Shown: one piece after another, positions 1 to 13,508 of the stretch
How the letters are laid out: every line of letters starts with the position of its first letter
How positions within the stretch are numbered: position 1 is the stretch's first letter
Assembly (NCBI GenBank): GCA_038087875.1
Contig: CM075997.1
Span: 4,528,001 to 4,592,000 of the forward strand
DNA: 64,000 nt
Reading direction: 5' to 3'
Source: Malacoraja senta
Lineage: Eukaryota
Translations under genes and position numbers: made by a program
Notes under the pieces: generated by a model
What the model was told of the DNA's origin: nothing
What the model saw: only the letters and a program-made list of their open reading frames with translations
Databases searched by the model: none

Positions 1-32
<32 letters not shown>

Positions 33-33
33 C

Positions 34-124
<91 letters not shown>

Positions 125-261
125 CATCTATCCATCTATCCATCTATCCATCTATCCATCTATCCATCTATCCATCTATCCATCTATCCATCTATCCATC
201 TATCCATCTATCCATCTATCCATCTATCCATCTATCCATCTATCCATCTATCCATCTATCC

Positions 262-332
<71 letters not shown>

Positions 333-345
333 CATCTATCTATTT
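1..345. repeat. (TATC)n / (TATCCATC)n microsatellite
   Basis: Direct tandem tetranucleotide repeat with a central 8-mer variant block. Confidence 0.98.
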
Positions 346-349
346 ATCT

Positions 350-575
350 GAAGGAACTGCAGATGCTGGTTTTCCAAAGTAACTCAGCAGGACAGGCAGC
401 ATCTCTGGAGAAATGTGGAGAGAGGGTGATGTTTGAGATCGAGACCCTTCTTCATCTATCCATATTCCTGAACCATCACCTGTCCGTGTTCTCCAGAGAT
501 GCTGCCTGACCTGCTGAATTACTCCAGCACTTTGTGCCCATCTGTATATTAACCAGCATCTGCAGTTCCTTGTGT
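350..575. mobile_element. Fold-back pair of Penelope-like 3'-end units
   Basis: aaggaactgcagatgctggtt...gcagcatctctggagaa is the reverse complement of ttctccagagatgctgcc...aaccagcatctgcagttcctt; a related sequence follows the GIY-YIG ORFs elsewhere in the window. Confidence 0.75.
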
Positions 576-726
576 CTTACTGTTGAGTGGGTTTGGACAA
601 GGTTGGAAGAACATGTCGCTAGAATTAAAAAGATGTCCTGCAATTGTGGATTGCAAACCTATTGGCAATATCGCTTGATAACGAAAGTGAATATGATTGA
701 TGAAGCCGATGATGCATCCATTGCCT

Positions 727-900
727 ATTAGCCTACGAACCTGACGTCTTTGGAGTGTGGAAGGAAACCGGAGCACCCGGAGAAAACATACGCAGGTCAC
801 GGGGAGAACATGCAAACTCCGTACACACAGCACCCGTAGTCAGGGTCGAACCCGGGTCTCTGGCGCTGTGAGGCAGCAACTCTACCGCTGCGCCACCGTG
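727..900 (-). mobile_element. HE1-like V-SINE, partial
   Basis: Reverse complement of the tRNA-like head (A box TGGCGCAGCGG, B box GGTTCGACCC) plus V-domain. Confidence 0.85.
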
Positions 901-1019
901 CTGTAAATCTAGAGATGCCGCCTGACTGTCTGCCGTGGACAGAAGGCCGAGGACCTGCCTGGATGGTCCACTGTTTATCTTCGGTTCATACCAGCATCTG
1001 CAGTTCCTACCAACACCAT

Positions 1020-1520
1020 CAGAGGAGGTTTACAAGAATGGTCCCAGGAATGAGTGGGTTAACCTACGATGAGCGTTTGTCGGCGCTGGGCCTGTACTCG
1101 CTGGAGTTTAGAAGAATGAGGGGGGGACCTCATTGAAACTTACAGAACAGTGAAAGGCCTGGATAGAGTGGATGTGGAGAGGATGTTTCCACTAGTGGGA
1201 GAGTCTACGACTAGAGGTCATGGGCTCAGAATTAAAGGATGTTCTTTTAGGAAGTAGATGAGGAGGAATTTTGTTAATCAGAGGGTGGTGAATCTCTGGA
1301 ATTCTTTGCCACAGACGGCTGTGGAGGCCAAGTCAGTGGTTATTTTTAAGGCAGAGATAGATAGAATCTTGATTAGTACGGGTGTCAGAGGTTATGGGGA
1401 GAAGACAGGAGAAGGGTTGGGAGGGAGAGATAGATCAGCCATGATTGATTAGCGTTGTAGACTTGATGGGCTGAATGGCCTAATTCTATCCCTATCACTT
1501 ATGACCTTACGACCTTATGA
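1020..1520 (+). mobile_element. CR1-clade LINE 3' fragment with (CTTATGAC)n-like tail
   Basis: Encodes RRFTRMVPGMSGLTYDERLSALGLYSLEFRRMRG and QRVVNLWNSLP (CR1 ORF2 C-terminus). Confidence 0.9.
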
Positions 1521-1546
1521 TCTTAAGCTTAAAAACAACATATTAC

Positions 1547-2060
1547 AATAGACAATAGACAATAGGTGCAGGAGTAGGCCATTCAGCCCTTCGAGTCAGC
1601 ACCGCCATTCAATCTGATCATGGCTGATCATCCCCAATCAGTACCCGTTCCTGCCTTCTCCCCATATCCCCTGACTCCACTATATTTAAGAGCCCTATCT
1701 AGCTCTCTCTTGAAAGTATCCAGAGAACCGGCCTCCACCGCCCTCTGAGGCAGAGAATTCCACAGACTCACAACTCTCTGTGAGAAAAAATGGTTTCCTC
1801 ATCTCCGTTCTAAATGGGTTATCCATTTATTCTTAAACTGTGGCCCCAGGTTCTGGACTCCCCCAACACCGGGAACATGTTTCCTGCCTCTTGCGTGTCC
1901 AAACCCTTTATAATCTTATATGTTTCAATAAGATCGCCTCTCATCCTTCTAAACTCCAGAGTGTACAAGCCCAGTCGCTCCATTCTCTCAGCATATGACA
2001 GCCCCGCCATCCCGGGAATTAACCTTGTAAACCTACGCTGCACTCCCTCAATAGCAAGAA
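1547..2060 (-). mobile_element. CR1-clade LINE 3' fragment with (CTATTGT)n tail
   Basis: ORF 1819..2070 [36 protein letters not shown]; tail reads acaatagacaatag on the + strand. Confidence 0.9.
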
Positions 2061-2399
2061 TTTGGGACAATTCTTACTTTAGATTTGGGGCAAATCTCTC
2101 AGCAAACAGAAGATAGACACAAAAGGCTGGAGTAACTCAGCGGGACAGACAGCATCTCTGGAGAGAAGGAATGGGTGATGTTTCGGTTCGAGGGCAGGTT
2201 AAGTTTGAAGGCCGGTTCTCTGGATTCTTTCAAGGGAGAGCTAGATAGGGTTCTTAAAGATAGCGGAGTCAGGGGATATGGGGAGAAGGCAGGAATGGGG
2301 TACTGATTGGGGATGATCAGCCATGATCAAATTGAATGGCGGGGCTGGCTCGAAGGGCGGAATGGCCTACTCCTGCACCTATTGTCTATTGTCTATTGT

Positions 2400-2990
2400 A
2401 GCACGGGGAAAAGGACGCATACAATGAGTTAAAGTACTGTTACAAAACAAAGTAAAACTAACATCTCTGCCAACTGTTTGCAAAGTACAAATTCTAAAGC
2501 TAAGCATTTAGTTTTCTTCTGGGATTTTTTTTTTTGATGTTTGTTGCAGTTATTTGATGTTGTTTTCCAGCCTTGGTAATTTCCCAACAGTCTCCCCTCC
2601 TATCTGAAACGCGCTGCACCCCCTTCTCTCTTGCCTCCCGCTCGAAAGGCTGAACTCAGGGATGGGAGTCGGGAGAGTTGGCTTAGCATCGGCATCTCGC
2701 TGTCCCCCGGGTGAAGCAGAGGGAGTTTTAAACTTAGCTAAATTGAATGGCCCCAGGCTGTTATTGAACAAAGAGGTGGAAGGAGCTTGCTGTACACAAG
2801 ACGTTTTCTTGTGTGCGCGTTCAGCCTGTCTGCGGGCGTCGAGTGCCTGTGTACGTTTCACATGAGCCGCATCCAACCCCTCAATGCCAGTATCTCTGTT
2901 AACCCCTTCAGTGCCGTGGCGTTGGGGGGGGCGCATCAGTGAGAGGGGGGGGGGAAGCTGAATGCTGAGGTACGGGCCGACGGCTTTGTT
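2400..2990 (-). promoter_or_regulatory. TE-free unique island; candidate promoter / first exon of a minus-strand host transcript
   Basis: No repeat similarity, CpG-containing; minus-strand ATG at 2507 gives 15 codons (MLSFRICTLQTVGRD) followed by donor-like GTTAGT at 2462-2457. Confidence 0.25.
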
Positions 2991-3029
2991 GAGTGGTGTG
3001 GGTTGAATCACCTGCAACTCAACAACCCG

Positions 3030-3748
3030 TGGTGGCCAGTGCCAGCTTTTTCGCTGCCGTGTGCTGGGGCAGCAGGGCGAAGGCCGCGGACGCCAACAGG
3101 ATCAACAAGTTCATCGGGAAGGCCGGCTTCGTCCTGGGGGTGGAGTTGGAGTTGGAGTTGGAGTTGGATTCACGGGAGGTTGGTCTTGGAGGGGAGGAGG
3201 GTGCTCCTCAAACTGCGGAACATCCTGGACAATACAGCTCACACCCCCTCAAGCTCACACCCCCTCATTGACACACTGGTCAACCTGAGGGGCACCTTCA
3301 GCAACAGACTGGTCCCACCAAGATGCAGGACAGAACGCCACAGGAGATCCTTCTTCCCTGTGGCTATCAAACTGCACAACTCCTCCCCCTTCTGTCGTGG
3401 GGTCGACTGAGACTGACCCCCCACCCCCCAATCTTTGCACATCCCCAATCATTTCCACTCATCACTTTAATTTCATATTTCATGTATTTTGTGTTTTTAT
3501 GACTGTTGGCAGATCAATGAATAAATGAATACGTTTATTGGCCAAGTATATTCACATACAAGGAATTTGCCTTGGTGCTCCACCCGCAAGTGACAACATG
3601 ACATACAGTGACAGATAGGAATGACACATAAAACATTAAACATTAATAATAAAACATTATTGATTAATCATGTGAATTAAATAAAATACCAGAGCAAAAG
3701 GATCAATTTCCCTCCTGCGATAAATAACGTTCGATCGTATCGTATTGC
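3030..3748 (+). mobile_element. Rex/Babar-clade LINE 3' fragment, interrupted by another element tail (~3518-3700)
   Basis: Frameshifted VCWGSRAKAADANRINKFIGKAG...FSNRLVPPRCRTERHRRSFFPVAIKLHNS, resembling the Rex1 C-terminus; GATCAAT flanks the nested insert. Confidence 0.75.
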
Positions 3749-3864
3749 AGCACTAAATGCTCCTGTGGTCGTGCCTTTCGTAAAGTTGATGAAATTCTTG
3801 TATTCAATGTTGTTTAGGATGTAACATCAATTTCTACCTCTGATAACTAACCTTTTATTTCTCA

Positions 3865-4315
3865 GACATCAGTCTGAAGAAGGGTTTCGGTCCGAAATGT
3901 TGCCTATTCCTTCGCTCCATAGATGCTGCCTCACCCGCTGAGTTTCTCCAGCATTTTTGTCTGCCTTTTATTTCTCTATCTTTACATCACTCGTCTCCCT
4001 CTCCCCTGACTCAGTCTGAGGAAGGCTTTCGTCCCGAAACATCACCTATTCCTTTTCTCCAGTGATACTGCCTGACCTGCTGAGTTACTTCAGCATTTTA
4101 TGTCTGCCTGTCTGTCTTCATTGTATTTGTCTTATAATTGTCCCAAATATCAATGGATTCACAACAGCCCGTCTGTGTGAATTAAAAGTTTCATTGAGAA
4201 ATAGGTACAGACATCAGTCTGAAGAAGGGTCTTGACCCGAAACGTCACCCATTCCTTCTCTCCAGAGATGCTGCCTGTCCCGCTGAGTTACTCCAGCATT
4301 TTGTGTCTATCTTCT
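3865..4315 (+). mobile_element. Three direct-orientation Penelope-like 3'-end units, each with a hammerhead-like core
   Basis: agtctga(a/g)gaagg...ccgaaa...gatgctgcc...ctgagtt...cagcatttt at ~3870, ~4012 and ~4214. Confidence 0.8.
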
Positions 4316-4554
4316 GTAGAGAGATATTGATCATTTCACTCAGCTCATCACTTCTTTATGGGATCATTTATGATATTTATATGTATATTTTCCTGGAAAT
4401 GTAAATGGCTCGATTGTAATCATGTGTTGTCTTACTGCTGACAATAAACTAAACAGGACTGAAAACTTTCTTTAATTCAATTGACTTCTCAACATGTATA
4501 TACGTATGTGTGACTGCGTATGTTCATATGTATGCCTGCGTGTGTGCGTGTGTG

Positions 4555-5555
4555 ACAATAGACAACAGACAATAGACAATAGGTGCAGGATGAGGCAATT
4601 CGGCCCTTCGAGCCAGCACCGCCATTCAATGTGATCATGGCTGATCATCCCAAATCAGTACCCCGTTCCTGCCTTCTCCCCATATCCCCTGACTCCGCTA
4701 TCTTTAAGAGCCCTATCTAGCTCTCTCTTGAAAGTATCTAACGCCCTCTGAGGCAGAGAATTCCACAGACTCACTACTCTCTGTGTGAAAAAGTGTTTCC
4801 TCATCTCCGTTCTAAATGGCTTACTCCTTATTCTTAAACTGTGGCCCCTGGTTCTGGACTCCCCCAACATCGGGAACATGTTTCCTGCCTCTAGCGTGTC
4901 CAAACCCTTAAGAGCCTGTCCCACTGTACGAGGTAATTCAAGAGCTCTCCCGAGTAAAAAAAAAAATCAAACTCGTGGTAAGCACGTAGAATGTACATAG
5001 CGGGTACGTCGGAGCTCGGGACGTCTCTTAGCGGCTCATAACGCTAACGGCAGGTACTCGGGAAGCGCGGTAAGCTCGTGAAGACTCGTGAAGATTTTTC
5101 AACATGTTGCAAAATGTCCACGAGAGCCCCGAGTACCTACGAGCGGCTATTACCTTAATTCTCCGAGTTCGAATCAGGGGAAACTCGGGAGAACTCTTGA
5201 ATTAGCTCGTACAGTGGGAATGGCCCTTTAACAATCTAATATGTTTCTATGAGATTCCCTCTCATCCTTCTAAACTCCAGAGTGTACAAGCCCAGCCGCT
5301 CCATTCTCTCAGCATATGACAGCCCCGCCATCCCGGGAATTAACCTTGTAAACCTACGCTGCACTCCCTCAATAGCAAGAATGTCCTTCCTCAAATTAGG
5401 GGACCGAAACTGCACACAATACTCCAGGTGTGGTCTCACTAGGGCCCTGTACAACTGCAGAAGGACCTCTTTGGTCCTATACTCGACTCCTCTTGTTACA
5501 AAGGCCAACATGCCATTCGCTTTCTTCACTGCCTGCTGTACCTGCATGCTTACTT
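4555..5555 (-). mobile_element. CR1-clade LINE 3' fragment split by a MITE
   Basis: ORFs 5236..5559 (LYRALVRPHLEYCVQF) and 4655..4924 are collinear once 4911-5227 is removed. Confidence 0.92.
4911..5227. mobile_element. PIF/Harbinger-like MITE, internal type A
   Basis: TIRs agagcctgtcccactgtacgag / ctcgtacagtgggaatggccct; TTA duplicated at 4908-4910 and 5228-5230 inside a CR1. Confidence 0.85.
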
Positions 5556-5831
5556 TCACGTGTGTGTGTGTGCATGTGTGTCTATTTGCGTGTGTGTGTG
5601 TGTTTTAGTGTGCCCATGTATCTGTAACTAGTTAAGTAGTTACTTACAAGATTAATAATCGAAGCACTCTGTCTAACTGATTAAAGGCCATTGAAGTGAA
5701 ACGTTATTCTATCTCTCATTTCAGATGCTGCCCGATTAGCTGAGTTTTTCTAACAACACTTGGCATTTAAAAAAAAAGCTAATATTCTGCATCAACAAGC
5801 ATAAAATAACCAGATTGTTGTAAAAATAATA

Positions 5832-6138
5832 GCACTGTGGCGCAGCGGGTAGAGCTGATAAGACACAGCGCCAGAGACCAGAGTTCGATCCTGACTACTG
5901 GTGCTATTTGTGTGGAGTTTGCACGTTTCCCTGTGACCTCGTGGGTTTCCTCCGGGTGCTCCAGTTTTCTCCCACACGTCGAAAGACGTGCAGGTTTCCA
6001 GGGTAAGTGGCCTTCTATAAATTGTCTCAAGTGTGTAGGAACTGGATGGGAAAGTGGGACAACATATAATTAGTGTACAGGTGGACACGATGGGCCGAAG
6101 GGCCTGTTTCAATGCTGTATCCCTAAACTAAACTAAAA
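5832..6138 (+). mobile_element. HE1-like V-SINE, near full length
   Basis: A/B boxes, V-domain (gtggagtttgcacgtttccctgtgacctcgtgggtttcctccgggtgctcc), tail gggccgaagggcctgtttc...(CTAAA)n. Confidence 0.9.
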
Positions 6139-6749
6139 TGTTGCAATCATACCTATACATTGAAGGATGGACAAGAATCTTTATGAATGGATACTTGCAT
6201 TCACAAGACAAGGTTACATGTACAAACATCTCGGACCTAAGGTCGTAGCCTCAGATTTAAAGGACGTACCTTTCGGAAGATGAGGAGGAATTTCTTTAGT
6301 CAGAGGGTGGTGAATCTGTGGAATTCTTTGCCACAGAAGGCTATGGAGGCCATCAGTGGATATTTTTAAGGTAGAGATAGATAGATTCTTGATTAGTACG
6401 GGTGTCAGAGGTTATGGGGAGAAGGCAGGAGAATGTGGTTGAGAGAGGAAGATTGAATGGCAGTGGAGACTTGACGGGCCGAATGTCCCATCCTTTTCTT
6501 CCTTTGTTGATTTTTAGTATGTGTTAAATGTATGTTTTAGTGTTCTTTAACTTTGGTTATATGCGGGGTGGGTGGTGGGGGTAGGTTTATACCCCAGCGG
6601 TATGAACATTGACTTCACCAGTTTCAGGTAGTCCCTGCTTTCTCCCTCCTTTCCCTCCCCCTTTCCAGAACTCCCACAGCCTACTGTCTCCGCCTTCCTT
6701 TCTTTTTCCCGCCCCCCCCCGACATCAATCTGAAGAAGGGTCTCGACCC

Positions 6750-7919
<1,170 letters not shown>

Positions 7920-8289
7920 CCCGATGGATCTTGGTCTCCAGTGGAACAATGAATGAGCTGGAGTGATCAGGGCAGTGTTGTGGGTGAGGGTTTGATGAAC
8001 GATGGGCTTGTGAAGAGTGCAGGGACGGCCCTGTGCTGCAGGCTGAAGATTAGTTAACGAGAGTGGGTGACAGGGGTAAAGGATGGCTACTGTGAGGCAG
8101 GACCACCGCCCACCGTGAGCGGGATTGGGTCCATCACCTGTTCCCAGACTCAAGCTTCAATTACGATTCTGATCCACAGGGATTCTTCCCTTCATCCCAG
8201 GAATAAAACAACAAGCCATAAATCACGCAGCTGCCAAAGCAGGAATGCGTTCACTCTGTGTACGTTCTTCCCAGCTGTTATCAGGCAAT

Positions 8290-8593
8290 GGTGGCGTAGC
8301 GGGAGTGTTGCTGCCTCACAGCGCCAGAGACCCGGGTTCAATCCTCACTATGGGTGCTGCCTGTACGGAGTTTGCACGTTCTCCCCGTGACCTGCGTGGG
8401 TTTTCTCCGGGATCTTCGGTCTCCTCCCACCCTCCAAAAATGTGTAGGTTTGCAGGTTAATTGGCTTGGTATAAATTTAACAATTGTCCCTAGTGTGTGT
8501 AGGATGTGTGGGGATCGCTGGTCGGCACGGACTCGGTGGGCCGAAGGGCCTGTTTCTGCGCTGTATCTCGAAACTAAACTAAAACAAACTAAA
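8290..8593 (+). mobile_element. HE1-like V-SINE
   Basis: Head, V-domain and (CTAAA)n tail. Confidence 0.9.
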
Positions 8594-8614
8594 TCATCCT
8601 AACACAACTAGAGA

Positions 8615-9490
8615 CTGTGATGTAGAGAGATATAGAACAAAGGAATGAAAGATATGCAAAAAAGTAACAATGATAAAGAAACAGATCATTGTTAGCTGAA
8701 GCTAGGTGTGAACGAGAAGCTGGTGTGACTTGGGTGGGGGAGGGATGGAGAGAGAGGAAGTGCAGGGTTTATTTGAAGTTAGAGAAATCAAAAATCATAC
8801 CACTGGGTTGTAAGCTGCTCAAGCGAAATATCAGATGCTGTTCCTCCAATTTGCGTTTAGCCTCACTCTGACAATGGAGGAGGCCCAGGACAGAAAGGTC
8901 AGTGTGGGAATGGGAAGGAAAATTAAAGTGTTTGGCAGACACAAAATGCTGGAGTAACTCAGCGGGACAGGCAGCTTCTCTGGAGAGGAATTGGTGATGT
9001 TTCGGGTTGAGACCCTTCTTCAGGCTGATGTCAGGGGAGTGGGTGGGACAGAGATAGAATGTAGTCGGAGACAGTGAGACTGGTGGGAGAACTGGGAAGG
9101 GGGAAGGGATGGAGAGTGAGGGAAAGCAAGGGTTACTTGTAGTTAGAGAAATCAATGTTCATACCGCTGGGGTGTAAGCTACCCAAGTGAAATATGAGGT
9201 GCTGTTCCTCCAATTTGCGCTGGGTCTCGCTCTGACAGTGGAGGAGGCCCAGGACAGAAAGGTCAGTGTGGGAATGGGAGGGGGAGTTAAAGTGTTTGGC
9301 AACCGGGAGATCAGGTAGGTTAAGGCGGACTGAGCGAAGGTGTTCAGCGAAACAATCACCCAAGTCTACGTTTTGTCTCGCCGATGTATAAGAGTCCTCT
9401 GCTTGAACAACGGATACAGTAGATGAGGTTGGAGGAGGTGAACCTCCGCCTCATCTGAAAGGGCTGTTGGGGTCCCTGGACAGAGTCAGG
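8615..9490 (-). mobile_element. Two nested or tandem Penelope-like fragments (GIY-YIG C-terminus plus 3' end)
   Basis: GDCFAEHLRSVRLNLPDLPVAKHFNSPSHSHTDLSVLGLLHCQSE...KLEEQHLIF occurs at 9133..9363 and partly again at 8769..8935. Confidence 0.88.
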
Positions 9491-9889
9491 GCGGGATTGC
9501 AAAGGATTCCCCCAAACTAAACCCCCAGCTCATAATATAGGGAACTTATTAAAATCCATTTGTATATCTTATTTAGTTGTTACATAACTCATTGACCTCA
9601 GCTAAACAGCTGGATCTTCTTCTTGTCGAGTCCACACACAAGATTATAAATTGTTCAGCCAGAGCTGAACGCACTTCTCGGCCTCTGCATACAATGGTGT
9701 CTGTCTTGTGCTTGGTGGTGGCGTGAACGCTCTTTCCTTGACCCCAACAGCTGGTTGAACCACCAACTAATCTAGCTACATCTTTCTAGCTACTATGAAT
9801 ATTCAGACTTGCGTTCCTTGACATACACACCAGGCCGAAAAATCACAGCACGACAACAGATGATCATGGAAAATTGACGCGGAATCCAT

Positions 9890-10185
9890 TTTAGTTCAGT
9901 TTAGTTTAGAGATACAGCTGGGAAACAGGCCCTTCGGCCCACTGAGTCTGCACCGACCAGCGATTCCTGCACATTAACACTGCCCTACACACACTAGGGA
10001 TAATTTACACCAAGCCAATTAACCTACAAACCTGTACGTCTTTGGAGTGTTGGAGGCAAACGAAGATCTCGGGGAAAACCCACGCAGGTCACGGGGAGAA
10101 CGTACAAACCCCGTACAGAGAGCACCCGAAGTCGGGATCGAACCCTGGTGCTGTAAGGCTGTAAGCCCTACCACTGCGCCGCCCT
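9890..10185 (-). mobile_element. HE1-like V-SINE
   Basis: Reverse complement of the SINE consensus seen across the window. Confidence 0.88.
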
Positions 10186-10674
10186 ATAAGGGATTTCTTT
10201 TTCAATGGATGGTTCAAAGAATGTATTTCAAACTTTTTTTTAAAACCCATCTGTTAATTGTTAATGTTGCCGAAAATTTACTGATGTGGATGGATAGATT
10301 TTGACGTACACTTAGGTAACATGAGATTGTTTATCTGGTTGGGTCCCGTACTTAAACCATCGCATCCATACCACTGGCGTACACAACTAACGCATTTAGA
10401 AGCTGAGACATTTGATCTTAATTATCCCTTCGATGAGGATATTCTGAGATCATTGCTATCAGATTGCAATGAATGGATAATTGCTCTGGGATAATGCTGG
10501 TCGAGAATGAATGAGTTACTTTGTTGGACTATACCAACCCTGTTCTCTGTGAACTGCGCTTCTCAAAGATACACACCCTTTCATTTAATTATCCGGTGCC
10601 ATCACCGACTAACCAAGGTGCCAAAATAAATTGCATTTAGACAGTGGCAGTCATGGAATCTGGAGCCAAGAAAC

Positions 10675-11715
10675 GTAGGAATGATTGGGTTAACGTATGT
10701 TGAGCATTTGACGGCACTAGGCCTGTGCTTGCTGGAGTTTAGAAGGATGAGGGGAGACCTCATTGAAACGTATCGAATAGTGAAAGGCCTGGATGTGGAG
10801 AGGATGTTTCCTCTATAGACAATAGACAATAGGTGCAGGAGTAGGCCATTCAGCCCTTCGAGCCAGCATCGCCATTCAATGTGATCATGGCTGATCATCC
10901 CCAATCAGTATCCCGTTCCTGCCTTCTCACCATATCCCCTGACTCCGCGATCTTTAAGAGCCCTATCTAACTCTCTCTTAGAAACATAGAAACATAGAAA
11001 ATAGGTGCAGGGGGAGGCCATTCGGCCCTTCGAGCCAGCACCACCATTCATTCTGATCATGGCTGATCGTCCCCAATCAATAACCCGTGCCTGCCTTCTC
11101 CCCATATCCCTTGATTCCACTAGACCCTAGAGCTCTATCTAACTCTTGAAAGTGTCTAGAGAACCAAGTGTCTGAGGCAGAGAATTCCACAGACTCACAA
11201 CTCTCTGTGTGACAAAATGTTTCCTCATCTCTATTCTAAATGCTTACCCCTTATTCTTAAACTGTGGCCCCTGGTTCTGGACTCCCCCAACACCGGGAAC
11301 ATGTTTCCTGCCTCTATCGTGTTCCAACCCTTAATAATCTTATATGTTTCAATATGATCCCCTCTCATTCTTCGAAACTCCAGAGTGTACAAGCCCAGCC
11401 GCTCCATTCTCTCAGCATATGACAGTCCCGCCATCCCGGGAATTAACCTTGTTGAACCTACGCTGCACTCCCTCAATAGCAAGAATGTCCTTCCTCAAAT
11501 TAGGGGACCAAAACTGCACACAATACTGCAGGTGTGGTCTCACTAGTGGGAGAGTCGAGGGCCAGAAGCCACAGCCTCGGAGTAAAAGGACGTACCTACG
11601 AAAAGGAGATGAGGAGAAATTTCTTTAGTCAGAGGGTGGTGAATCTGTGGAATTCATTGCCACACAGGCTGTGGAGGCCGTCAATGGGTATTTTTAAGGC
11701 GGAGATTGATAGATT
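10675..11715. mobile_element. Nested CR1 cluster: + strand CR1 interrupted by a - strand CR1 (10815-11545), itself interrupted by another CR1 tail (10980-11150)
   Basis: Host reads aggatgtttcc|...|actagtgggagagtc across the insert; distinct (CTATTGT)n and (CTATGTTT)n tails. Confidence 0.85.
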
Positions 11716-13505
11716 AGAGTCATAGAGTGATACAGTGTGGAAAGGCCCTTCGGCCCAACTTACCCACACCGGCCAACAATGTCCCAGCTGTACTAGTCCC
11801 ACTTGCCTGCGCTTGGTCCATATCCCTCCAAACCTGTCCTATCCGTGTACCTGTCTGTTTCTTAAACGTTGGGATAGTCCCAGCCTCAACTCTGGCAGCT
11901 TGTTCTTACACCTACCACCCTCTGTGTGAAAAAGTCACCCTTCGGATTCCTATTAAATCTTTTTCCCTTCACCTTGAACCTATGTCCTCTGGTCCTCGAT
12001 TCCCCTACTCTGGGCAAAAGACTCCGTGCATCTACCCGATCTATTCCTCTCATGATTTTGTATACCTCTTATAGTCTTATAGACTCCCCTCATCCTCCTG
12101 TACTCCATGGAATAGAGACCCAGCCTACTGAACCTCTCCCTATAGCTCACACCCTCTAGTCCCGGCAACATCCTCGTAAATCTTTTCTGAACTCTTTCAA
12201 GCTTGACAATATCTTTCCTATAACACGGTGCCCAGAACTGAACACAATATTCTAAATGCGGTCTCACCAATGTCTTATACAACTGCAACATGACCTCCCA
12301 ACTTCTATACTCAATACTCTGACTGATGAAGGCCAAAGTGCCAAAAGCCCTATTGACCACCTTATCTATCTGTGACTCCACCGTCAAAGAACCATGCACC
12401 TGTACTCCTAGATCTCTCTGCTCTACAACACTACCCAGAGGCCTACCATTTACTGTGTAGGTCCTGCCCTTGTTCGAAGTCCCAAAATGCAACAGCTCAC
12501 ACTTCTCTGTATTAAATTCCATCAACCATTCCTCTGCCCACCTGGCTATTCGATCCAGATCCTGAAGCAGTATTTCACAACCACTATCTGCAAAACCACT
12601 AACTTTTGTATCATCAGCAAACTTACTAATCTTGCCCTGTATGTTCTCATCCAAATCATTAATGTAGATGACAAACAGTAACGGGCCCAGCACCGAACCC
12701 TGAGGCACACCAATAGTCACAGGCTTCCATTCTGAGAAGCAACCTTCCACCATCACCCTCTGCTTCCTTCCATGGAGCCAATTTGCTATCCATTCAGCTA
12801 TCTCTCCTTGGATCCCATGCGATCTAACCTTCCAGAGCAGCCTACCATGCGGCACCTTGTCGAACACCTTACTAAAGTCCATGTATACAACATCTACAGC
12901 TCTGCCCTCATCAACCTTTTTGGTCACGTCTTCAAAAAAATCTATCAGATTTGTGAGACACGACCTCCAACATACAAAACCATGCTGACTGTCCCAAATC
13001 AGCCCTTGTCCATCCAAATGCCTGAATATCCTATCCTTCAGAATACTCTCCAGTAACTTTCCAACTACAGATGTTAAGCTCACCGGCCTATAGTTCCCAG
13101 CATTTTCCCTGCAGCCCTTCTTGAAAAGAGGCACAACATTTGCCACCCTCCAGTCTTTCGGCACCTCTCCTGTATTTATGATGACTCCTAAATTTCAACC
13201 AGGACTCCCGCAATTTCCACTCTAGTTGCCCACAATGCCCTCGAATATATCTGATCAGGCCCTGGAGATTTGTCTACCTTGAAACATGACAGTACCTACA
13301 GTACTTCTTCGACAGTAACACGGACTGCTCTCAAGACATTTCCAGTGACTGCTCCAATTTCCTCCGTCCTACTGTCTTTCTCCTTGGTAAATACAGAGGA
13401 GAAATACTCATTGAGGACCTTGCCCATTTCCTGTGGCACCACACAGAAATGAACGATTTGATTCCAGAGAGGTCCCACTTTCTCTCTAGTTACCTTTTTC
13501 CCCCT
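11716..13505 (-). mobile_element. CR1-clade LINE, 5'-truncated, with reverse transcriptase domain (ORF 11980..13164)
   Basis: ANVVPLFKKG, NYRPVSLTS, QHGF, YMDFSKVFDKVPH, GVPQGSVLGPLLF, KFADD; frameshifted at both ends; 3' tail resembles the SINE tail. Confidence 0.95.
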
Positions 13506-13508
13506 TAT

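Noticed and set aside
2550..3017. 155-aa minus-strand ORF as a protein-coding gene
   Set aside because: Non-ATG start at a TE boundary and no recognisable domain; better treated as a possible promoter or UTR.
5641..5725. Minus-strand donor-like GTAAGT at 5647
   Set aside because: Poor exonic context (CTT|GT), no matching acceptor or open frame.
5832..5900. tRNA genes
   Set aside because: A/B-box heads continue directly into the V-domain and LINE tail; they are SINE heads without a complete cloverleaf.
11980..13164. Functional reverse transcriptase gene
   Set aside because: 5'-truncated CR1 with no endonuclease domain, a non-ATG start and flanking frameshifts; the same applies to 22526-23620.
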